A DNA stretch of 64,000 nucleotides from assembly GCA_000092065.1 (NCBI GenBank), contig CP000596.1. One strand, 5' to 3'. This stretch comes from Ostreococcus lucimarinus. Its lineage: Eukaryota. A program made the translations under genes and the position numbers. The notes under the pieces are model-generated. The model was not told where the DNA came from. It ran no database searches and saw only the letters and a list, made by a program, of their open reading frames with translations. Shown here piece after piece: positions 21,854 through 29,522 of the stretch (within the stretch, counting starts at the first letter, position 1; every line of letters starts with the position of its first letter).

Positions 21854-22264
21854 CTACTCCTGCGCCCCCTTGACGCCGCGCGTGATGGGATCCTTCGCCA
21901 CGCTCAAAAGCTCCAAGTCGAGCGTCACCGTCCCGTTCGCCGGGATCTCCATGACCTCGTTCGGCCCGTACGCGTACTCCGGCGGCACGATCATCCGTCG
22001 CACCGTCCCGACGCCCATGCCCTTGATCCCCTCGTTAAACGCCTGTATGAACGGTCCTCCCGGCTCTCCCGCGGGTTGCCCGACGGTGAATCCGATCGGC
22101 GTCCCTCCCGTGACGCCCGCGCCCTGCCTCGACGTCCCCACCGTCACCGACCGAAACTTCAAGTCGTAGTGCACCGCCACGCGCGCCCCCTTCGGCACGC
22201 CCCCCGTCGCGCCGCTCGCGCCCTGTAAATCGTAGTACAGTATCGGCGGGTTCGTTCCCGGGAT
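21854..22264 (-). CDS. Thylakoid-lumen-type FKBP peptidyl-prolyl isomerase, exon 2. The intron spans 22265-22346 (82 nt).
   Basis: The FKBP domain reads PKGARVAVHYDLKF...GFTVGQP...FIQAFNEGIKGMGVGTVRRMIVPPEYAYGPNEVMEIPANGTVTLDLELLSV. It is one frame out of phase with the upstream Tat-signal ORF. The two are joined in phase by an 82-nt intron with a GTGCGC donor, GAGACTGACGA branch site and CAG acceptor. Confidence 0.7.
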   Translation of the reverse strand: MPGTNPPILYYDLQGASGATGGVPKGARVAVHYDLKFRSVTVGTSRQGAGVTGGTPIGFTVGQPAGEPGGPFIQAFNEGIKGMGVGTVRRMIVPPEYAYGPNEVMEIPANGTVTLDLELLSVAKDPITRGVKGAQE

Positions 22265-22346
22265 CTGCGTCGCGTCGCGCGTCGTCAGTCTCGCCGTCGT
22301 CGTCGCGTTCGTTCGCGGCGTTCGTCGTCGTCGTCGTCTCGCGCAC

Positions 22347-22577
22347 CGGCTGAAAGTTCTCGATCGGCACCCCTCCCGTGACGCCTCCCGAGAGTTTCGC
22401 GCGCGCCGCGCCCGGCGTCGCGACGAGCGCCAGCGCGGCGCCGACGAGCGCGTCGCGGCGTCGCGCGACGTCGCTCGATGCCGACGCGGACGCGCGCGGC
22501 CGCGTCTTCATCGCGCGTTCGCGTCGTCCTCGCGTCGCGCCGACGCGCGCGGGCGCGACGGCGCGTCGACAGCGCAT
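22347..22577 (-). CDS. Lumenal FKBP exon 1 (77 codons): short transit region plus a twin-arginine (Tat) lumenal signal
   Basis: The exon encodes MRCRRAVAPARVGATRGRRERAMKTRPRASASASSDVARRRDALVGAALALVATPGAARA|KLSGGVTGGVPIENFQP. An RRR-hydrophobic-AxA pattern precedes the FKBP domain. The start is a real ATG at 22575-22577, and an alternative ATG lies at 22509-22511. Confidence 0.6.
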
Positions 22578-22751
22578 GGCGTTCGCGCGCGCGCGCGCGC
22601 GGGGTCGCGGATCGGCGCGGTGGGACGCCCTCGCGTCGAGGAATGGCGACGATCGACGCGTCGAGCGCGGCGTCGAGCGCGCGCGAGCGGAAGAAACGCG
22701 CGCGACGCGTCGAAGGCGCGGCGATGGACGCGATGCGCGCGCGTGACATCG

Positions 22752-25475
22752 CTAAGAGGTGGCTAATTCGGGCGCGTCGCGGTCGTCGCGGTCGTCGTCG
22801 TCGCCGGGGCGAACGCGCTTGTTGGACGCGGGCTCGACGGCGAGATTTTCGGCGGAGGAAGAGCGGCGCGCGCTGTTGATCGTCCCGCGCTCGCGACGGA
22901 GCTTTCGACGCAATTCATCGTAACGCGCGTGATCCGACTTGCTCACCGAGGGTTGCACCTTCGTGAACGCCTCTTCGAAGTGCTTCGTCGTCACCGTCGG
23001 CGTCGATTCGAGCGTCATCGATTTCAACGCCGCCACGCACGCTTCGCGCACGAGCGCCGCCAAGTCGGCGCCGCTGAAGCCTTCGCACGATCGACCGAGC
23101 GCGATTTGATCCACGCGTACGTCTGGTGCGATGGGCGTTCGGCGCGTGAGCGTCTTCAAGATGGCGACTCGGCCGTCCGGCGGCGGCAACGGAACGTACA
23201 AGAGCTTGTCCAAGCGCCCGGGACGCAGCATCGCTGGATCGATCATGTCGGGTCGGTTCGTCGCCGCGATCAAGAACGTCGCGTTTCGCGCTTCGAGACC
23301 GTCCATCTCGGTGAGAAGTTGGTTCACGACGCGCTCGGCTGAGGTGTTGTCGCCGCCGCTTCCGCGACGCGGCGCCAGAGAATCCATCTCGTCAAAGAAT
23401 AACACGCACGGGCTCGCACTTCGTGCGCGCTGGAACAGCGTCCGCACCGCGCGCTCGCTCTCACCGACGTACTTATTTAATAACTCTGGACCTTTGATGG
23501 ATATGAAATTCGCCATCGCCTCGTTCGCCGTCGCCTTGGCGACGAGCGTTTTGCCGCACCCCGGTGGGCCGTAGAGCAAGACGCCCGTAGAGATGTTCAA
23601 ACCCATCGCTTGGAATCGCTCGGGATGAGCGATGGGCTCAGCAATGGAGAACTTCAACTCTTCGCGAATTTCTGTGAGCGAGCCAACGTCGTCCCAAGTC
23701 ACGTTCGGCGTCGTGGTGAAACCTTCGCGTTGCGCCGACGGTTGCACGCGCGTGAGCGCGAGGGAGAAATCTTCCATGGTGATTGCTAGATCCTCGAGTT
23801 CGTCCTCGGTGAGCGGACGCGGATCCGCTAAGCGACCAGTCGCGAGACGAGTGTCCCCCCCCAGTGCGGGCGCGACACCCTCGTCCATCGTCACATCCGC
23901 GCTCGCCCTTTCCTCGTCCTCGAGCTTTTTAAAGATGCGCGTGACCGCCGACGCGGCGGCTTCCTTGGCCAACGCCGATAAATCCGCGCCGACATAGCCG
24001 GGCGTTTTCTTTGCGATTTCGCGCAAGTCTAAATCTCCATTCAAGCGAAGCTTGGTCGCCTGCACTCGCAAAATGCGCTCTCGCGCGGCTTCGTCTGGAA
24101 TGCCGAGCATGATTTCGCGATCAAAGCGTCCGGCGCGACGAAGCGCGGCGTCCATACCGTCCGGTCTATTCGTGGCGCCGATGACGGTGACGTGGCGACG
24201 ACACCGCGCTAGTCGATCCACCTCGTCCGTGCCATCGATTGTTGATTGAAGATCGTCCATGGACGCTAACAGCTGGGCGACAATTCGACGTTCCATCTCT
24301 CGCTGCGCGCTCTCGCGCTTCGGGACGATTGCGTCGATCTCGTCGATGAAAATCAGCGACGGCGCGTGCGCGGCGGCGGACTGGAACAACTCACGTATCT
24401 TCGCTTCAGACTCGCCACTCATTCCACTCACAATCTCCGTGGCCGCTATGGAGAAGAAGGGCACTTTCGCCTCTTGCGCGATGGCGTGCGCCAACGTCGT
24501 CTTGCCGCAACCCGGCGGGCCGTGAAGCAACACCCCGCGCGGCGGATCGACCCCGAGCCATGCGTACAACTCGGGATGCATCAAAGGGCACAGTATGAGC
24601 TCCTTGATGTCCTTCAGCGAGTCCTCGATCCCGCCTAAATCCGACAACTTCACCGAGCGAGGCGACGTCATTTGCGCAAACGCCTTCGCGCTCGTCGTTC
24701 GTCCAAACTCATCCTCATCCAAACTCTCACTGTCGCTGTCTCGGTCACCCTTCCGCTTGCGACGATGCCCCTTACCTTTTTTCCCTCGCTTCTTATCCTT
24801 GCTTTTCTCCAGGCGTTCGATTTTCATTCCGCGCTCGTTCAGCTTCACCTCGTGACCGCGCGACTTCGCCTCCGCCACCGCCCGCACCGCGCGTTCGTGC
24901 GCTGACTCTTCCTCCTTCACCGCCTTAGACCCGGACGCGCTCGCTTTCGCCTCCGCTTCCAACTTCAACGCCCGCTGCGCGGCCGCCGCGACGACCTCCG
25001 GCGCCGCGAACGCCGCCGTCGTCGCCGCCTCGTCGCCGCCGTCCATCCCGTTCTCATCCCTCTCGATCGCCCCATTCTCGTCGCTCGTCCCGTCCGAGCT
25101 CGTCGCTTCACTCGTGCTCGTCTCGGAATCATCGCTATCTTCGTGATCGCTCGAGCCTTCGCCGTCCATTCGACTAAATTTCTCGTCGTCGCCGTTCCCG
25201 TCGTCGCCGTTCCCGTCGTCGCACCGCCCGCGCGCGCGCGCCTCCGCCATCGCGCGCTCCACCGCCTTACGAAACGGATTGACGGGTTTGCGCGCGTACT
25301 GCCTGTACTGCGAGCGCAGGTACTGCGCGCACGCGTCGACGTCGCGCAATGCGTTGAGGCCGCCGCCGGCGCTCGACCGCGCGAACGCCTCGACGCGCGG
25401 CAGCAACAGCGGGTCGCTCGTGACGTACGACGACGACACCCCACCGCGGAGCTTCGCGGGGCGCGCGTTGGGCAT
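22752..25475 (-). CDS. NVL: Nuclear VCP-like AAA+ ATPase (NVL/Rix7 family, two AAA domains; ribosome-biogenesis type)
   Basis: There are two Walker A motifs (GPPGCGKT twice), two second-region-of-homology segments, a basic NLS-like stretch (KSKDKKRGKKGKGHRRKRKG) and an N-terminal nucleolar-type domain. Confidence 0.9.
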   Translation of the reverse strand: MPNARPAKLRGGVSSSYVTSDPLLLPRVEAFARSSAGGGLNALRDVDACAQYLRSQYRQYARKPVNPFRKAVERAMAEARARGRCDDGNGDDGNGDDEKFSRMDGEGSSDHEDSDDSETSTSEATSSDGTSDENGAIERDENGMDGGDEAATTAAFAAPEVVAAAAQRALKLEAEAKASASGSKAVKEEESAHERAVRAVAEAKSRGHEVKLNERGMKIERLEKSKDKKRGKKGKGHRRKRKGDRDSDSESLDEDEFGRTTSAKAFAQMTSPRSVKLSDLGGIEDSLKDIKELILCPLMHPELYAWLGVDPPRGVLLHGPPGCGKTTLAHAIAQEAKVPFFSIAATEIVSGMSGESEAKIRELFQSAAAHAPSLIFIDEIDAIVPKRESAQREMERRIVAQLLASMDDLQSTIDGTDEVDRLARCRRHVTVIGATNRPDGMDAALRRAGRFDREIMLGIPDEAARERILRVQATKLRLNGDLDLREIAKKTPGYVGADLSALAKEAAASAVTRIFKKLEDEERASADVTMDEGVAPALGGDTRLATGRLADPRPLTEDELEDLAITMEDFSLALTRVQPSAQREGFTTTPNVTWDDVGSLTEIREELKFSIAEPIAHPERFQAMGLNISTGVLLYGPPGCGKTLVAKATANEAMANFISIKGPELLNKYVGESERAVRTLFQRARSASPCVLFFDEMDSLAPRRGSGGDNTSAERVVNQLLTEMDGLEARNATFLIAATNRPDMIDPAMLRPGRLDKLLYVPLPPPDGRVAILKTLTRRTPIAPDVRVDQIALGRSCEGFSGADLAALVREACVAALKSMTLESTPTVTTKHFEEAFTKVQPSVSKSDHARYDELRRKLRRERGTINSARRSSSAENLAVEPASNKRVRPGDDDDRDDRDAPELATS

Positions 25476-25599
25476 GGCGCGCGCGGACGAGGCGGCGAGG
25501 CGGGCAATGGGGCGCGAGGGTGATGATTCGGCAAAAATCTCGAGGCGGCGACGCGAGGCGAGCTAGAATGTGTCGATGTCAGAATTTCAAGAAAGAATA

Positions 25600-27873
25600 T
25601 CACGCTTCGCTGACGTTGCCGAGCAAGCTCATGCCGGACCTGTCTTCGATTTCCTCGAACCCGATTCCTCGCGGCGGGTTGGGGGGGATCTCGCCGAGCA
25701 AGTCGCGGCGGTCGAGGATGATTTCCAAATCTTTGTCGGAGATGTTGGCGGACTGCGGTGAATCCTCGTCGTTGGCGCCGGTTTCGCCCTTGAGGAGAGC
25801 CATGAGTTCGTCAGCGCCGAAAGCGCGACCGTCGTCGTTTTTCTCTTGTTTGAACCCGCCGTTGGTGACGACGAGCTTCTCGAGAGCGAGCTTGGAGGCG
25901 GCTTTTTTGAGCATTTTTCCTTCGACGGATTTCGCCGTGGCCAAGCGGTAGACGTGCACGGGCTTGGTTTGACCGATTCTGTGCACGCGATCCATCGCTT
26001 GCAAATCTTGATGCGGGTTCCAATCGCTGTCGTAAATGATAACGGTGTCACCGCCCGTGAGGTTGATGCCTAATCCTCCCGCGCGGGTCGAGAGCAAAAA
26101 GATGCCGTACTTCGGGTCTTCGTTGAATCGAGCGATGAACTCGCGACGGTCGTCTTGTTTCACCGAGCCGTCGATTCTGCACACCGGTTCGCCGCGCTGT
26201 TGGAAAAATGATTCGAGCAAGTCGAGCATGCGCGTCATCTGAGAAAAGATCAACACCTTGTGTCCGCGCGCGCGCAGGCGCGTCATCAACCTATCGAGGA
26301 GCTGCATCTTCCCGCACTGTTCCACGAGTTCGTCCGCGGAGGGGAACATGATGGATCCGTCCAGACCGCCGGTGATCAAATCCGGGTGGTTGCAGTTTTT
26401 CCGCAGTTGCATGAGCATGTTGTTCACAGCGGTGTGACCGACGGGAATGTGGCTGTTGCCCGCGAATTTCGTCAGCATCTCGGTGATGGTTTTGTTCACC
26501 AACGCGTCGTTGAACTCTTTTTGCTTTGGAACCATTTGCGCGTACAAAAGAATCTCCTTCTTGCGCGGAAGCGAAAGCTCGACGTCGCCCTTTAATCGGC
26601 GCAACAAAAATGGTCGCAAAATACCGTGCAACTTGCTCACGACGCGCGCGCGATGCTCTTGTTCATTCTTATCGACCACCTCCTGCTCTTGCGATTCGTC
26701 GTTCCCGATGTTGTCGGCAAAGTCAAACCAAGATTGGAACTGCGACAGCGAACTGAAGACGTCTGGGAGCAAAAAGTGCAAAAGCGACCAAAGCTCGGGC
26801 AAGTTGTTCTGGAGCGGCGTGCCGGTGAGCAACAACTTGTTCGCGGTGGGAATGTACTTGAGCTCGCGAATGAGCTTGCAGTCAAAGTTTTTCAATCTGT
26901 GACCTTCGTCCACGACCAAGTACTTGAAGTTGTACTTGGCCAAAAACTTGCGATCGGCCATGACGACTTCGTACGAGGTGACGATGACGGGGAAATCGGG
27001 TTTGATCGGCGTCGACGTCGGCAAGAATTCGATTCGCTTCTCCGCGCGTTCTTGCCTCGTGCCGTGGTACAAAAGCACGGGAATCGACGGCGTCCAACGT
27101 TGAAACTCGCTCACCCAATTGCTCAGCGTCGATAACGGACCGATGACGAGATACGGTCCCAACACGCCCTTCGATCGCAAGTGCGATAAAAAACCAATCG
27201 TCTGCACCGTCTTCCCGAGACCCATCTGGTCCGCCAAGATTCCGTTCAAGCCGTTTTGATATAAAGAAATCATCCAATTCACCCCCTTGAGCTGATAATC
27301 CCGCATCGAACCGCCCTCCATGAGCGGCAGCATCTTTCTCGTCGCCTCCAACTCCTCGCTCTCGCTCATCTTTTTCCGCTTCTTCGTCGCCTTCGCCTTG
27401 TCCCCATCCTTCCCGTGCTCGTCCTCCAGCGTGTCCATCTGCTCGCTCAAAAACTGCGAATAAATCGTCGTCTGATCCAGCAGCGCGTCCAACTGTTTAA
27501 ACTTTTTATCGTCCAACTTCGTCGTCCCGCTCGCCGCCGCGCTCGCGTCCTCGCTCGCGCCCTTCCCGCCGCCCTTCCCGCTCGGCGACGCCACGCGCGC
27601 CTTCTGCAGCTCCGCCTCCGCCTCGATCGCGTGCGCCTCGATCCCCGTCAGCGCCGACGCCGTCAGATCATCGTACGATTCCTCCGCGTCCGCGTTCACT
27701 CGCACCAGCCCCCCCCCGGCGCCGTCGTCGTCGTCGCCGTCCCGTTCCGTCGTCGTCATCATCTTTTCCCGCGCATCTCCCCCCGCGTCGTCGTCCTCGC
27801 GCGCGCTCTTCGCCGCGCCTTCGCCCGCGATCGGCGACGACGCCTTGCGTCGCTTCGCCCCGTTCGGCGCCAT
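25600..27873 (-). CDS. SNF2-family chromatin remodelling ATPase, DDM1/HELLS (LSH)-like, about 757 aa
   Basis: The SNF2_N motif is DYQLKGVNWMISLYQNGLNGILADQMGLGKTVQTIGFLSHL, followed by DEGHRLKN and the helicase-C QAMDRVHRIGQTKPVHVYRL. Its small size and N-terminal coiled-coil suit DDM1/HELLS better than ISWI. The real ATG is at 27871-27873 (MAPNGAKRRK); the track start at 28017 is GTG. Confidence 0.8.
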   Translation of the reverse strand: MAPNGAKRRKASSPIAGEGAAKSAREDDDAGGDAREKMMTTTERDGDDDDGAGGGLVRVNADAEESYDDLTASALTGIEAHAIEAEAELQKARVASPSGKGGGKGASEDASAAASGTTKLDDKKFKQLDALLDQTTIYSQFLSEQMDTLEDEHGKDGDKAKATKKRKKMSESEELEATRKMLPLMEGGSMRDYQLKGVNWMISLYQNGLNGILADQMGLGKTVQTIGFLSHLRSKGVLGPYLVIGPLSTLSNWVSEFQRWTPSIPVLLYHGTRQERAEKRIEFLPTSTPIKPDFPVIVTSYEVVMADRKFLAKYNFKYLVVDEGHRLKNFDCKLIRELKYIPTANKLLLTGTPLQNNLPELWSLLHFLLPDVFSSLSQFQSWFDFADNIGNDESQEQEVVDKNEQEHRARVVSKLHGILRPFLLRRLKGDVELSLPRKKEILLYAQMVPKQKEFNDALVNKTITEMLTKFAGNSHIPVGHTAVNNMLMQLRKNCNHPDLITGGLDGSIMFPSADELVEQCGKMQLLDRLMTRLRARGHKVLIFSQMTRMLDLLESFFQQRGEPVCRIDGSVKQDDRREFIARFNEDPKYGIFLLSTRAGGLGINLTGGDTVIIYDSDWNPHQDLQAMDRVHRIGQTKPVHVYRLATAKSVEGKMLKKAASKLALEKLVVTNGGFKQEKNDDGRAFGADELMALLKGETGANDEDSPQSANISDKDLEIILDRRDLLGEIPPNPPRGIGFEEIEDRSGMSLLGNVSEA

Positions 27874-28203
27874 CGTCGCGCCGTCGCGTCGCGTCGCGTC
27901 GCGTCGCGGCGTCGCGCGCGCGTTTGACGTCGACAGCCGACGTCGATCGTTCGAAACGCGCGCGCGCCCGTAATGTTCGCGCCTTTGGATCGTCGCGGCG
28001 GTCGCGGTCGCGGGCACGAAAACGCGTATTGTATGCGTTTTTCGTGCATTGTTGTCGATGTTTGTACTTTTTTTATCCGACTGTCCGACTGTCCGAACGA
28101 TGATTCAAAATCCACCGGCCCCGCGCGTCAGAGGTCGTCGGATCGATCGAACGCGCGCGCGCGCGCGTCGAGCGAACGAGCGCGCGCGTCGCGGACGCGG
28201 ACG

Positions 28204-28743
28204 ATGTCGACGATGTCGATGATGCCGATCGCGTCGACGTCGGCGCGAACGACGCGAACGCGCGCGCGCGCGCCGAGAACGACGCAGACGCGGGCGCCGC
28301 GGATGAAGATGGGGCGGGCGACGCGAGCGACGACGCGGACGCGGGCGATCGCGAACGAGGCGCAGACGAGCGAGGAGTTGAACTTTTGGGGGAAGATGCG
28401 ACAGGCGTATCGAATCTTTTTCCCGCCGAGCGCGGAGGAGAACGCGCGGAACGAGGCGAAGAAGCGCCTGCGAATGATTCTCGTCGCCGATCGGTGCACG
28501 ATGAGCGAGAGCTCGATGGACGAGATGAAGGCGAAGATAATGACCGTGGTCGGGGAATTCGTGGACGTGGACGATTCGCAGGAGGTGGACGTGAGCATGA
28601 ACACGGATGAGGAGTTGGGGACGATGTACGCGGTGTCGATTCCGGTGAAGCGCGTCAAGGCGGAGTACGACGCGGAGAACGACGCGTACATGTTGGGGGC
28701 GCAGTTCGTGTACGACGACGAGAACGTGTGGGACGACGAATGA
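28204..28743 (+). CDS. MINE: Plastid division topological specificity factor MinE, with a transit peptide
   Basis: AKKRLRMILVADRCTMSESSMDEMKAKIMTVVGEFVDVDDSQEVDVSMNTDEELGTMYAVSIPVKRV matches plant MinE (KKRLRLMLVSDRC...VEVNMSTDE...AVNIPVRRV). The start is ATG 28204 (MSTMSMMP...). Confidence 0.85.
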   Translation: MSTMSMMPIASTSARTTRTRARAPRTTQTRAPRMKMGRATRATTRTRAIANEAQTSEELNFWGKMRQAYRIFFPPSAEENARNEAKKRLRMILVADRCTMSESSMDEMKAKIMTVVGEFVDVDDSQEVDVSMNTDEELGTMYAVSIPVKRVKAEYDAENDAYMLGAQFVYDDENVWDDE

Positions 28744-28868
28744 TTAATTTTACTCGCGCATCGAGCGACGGGCGACGGACGGCGCGCGCGCGACGCGCGT
28801 CGATCGAGGCGACCGCGACCATTGTAAGCAAATCAAACGACAGACGGACCGCGTCACTTCGCCTCGCG

Positions 28869-29441
28869 ATGTCCGACGCGCGCGCGGCGTCGGGGCTCGA
28901 CCCCAAAACGTGGGCCGGCGCCTTCGACTGCGCGCGGTGCGCGCGCAAGCGCCTGCCCGCGATCGAATTCAGCAAAAAGGCGCTGCTCAGGATGCGCGAG
29001 CGCGGCGACGATGCCGGGACGTGCAAGGCGTGCGTCGACGCCGAGGCCGCGATCGAGCGCGCGCGCGCGAGGGAGAGCGCGAGCGCCGTCGACGACGACG
29101 CGGACGCGACGTGCGCGGCGTGCGGGGCGACGAAACCGGCGAGCGCGTTCTCGAAGACGCAGCGGCGCGGCGCGGCGCCGCGGTGCGGCGAGTGCGTCGA
29201 CGCCGCGGCGAGGGACGACGCGGCGCGCGGCGCCGCGGCGCTGGCGAAATCGTTGGAATCGGCGAGGGTCGACGCCGCGAGGGTCGGGGCGACGCTGGGG
29301 GATCACGTGCGAGAGACGAATCTGGACGCGGAGGCGGTGACGGGGTTGCGGGCGAAGTTCGTCGGCGCGCGGGGACGCGGACGCGGGCGAGGACGGTCGG
29401 CGAATCCGAACTCCATGCTCGGCCGAGGGGGGCGGAAGTGA
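28869..29441 (+). CDS. Small tandem CxxC zinc-ribbon protein with two C-x2-C…FSK…C-x2-CVD repeats (Stc1-like domain)
   Basis: The two repeats are CARCARKRLPAIEFSKKALLRMRERGDDAGTCKACVD and CAACGATKPASAFSKTQRRGAAPRCGECVD, followed by an RG-rich tail. The overlapping ORFs 28910-29455(+) and 28987-29490(-) are Arg/Gly-rich and were rejected. Confidence 0.4.
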   Translation: MSDARAASGLDPKTWAGAFDCARCARKRLPAIEFSKKALLRMRERGDDAGTCKACVDAEAAIERARARESASAVDDDADATCAACGATKPASAFSKTQRRGAAPRCGECVDAAARDDAARGAAALAKSLESARVDAARVGATLGDHVRETNLDAEAVTGLRAKFVGARGRGRGRGRSANPNSMLGRGGRK

Positions 29442-29522
29442 GCGCGACGCGATGATAGTGACTAGCTAGCTCTATTCTAGAAGATTGCAACGTTGTTCGT
29501 TTTGCTAATGATTGCGCGCGGG

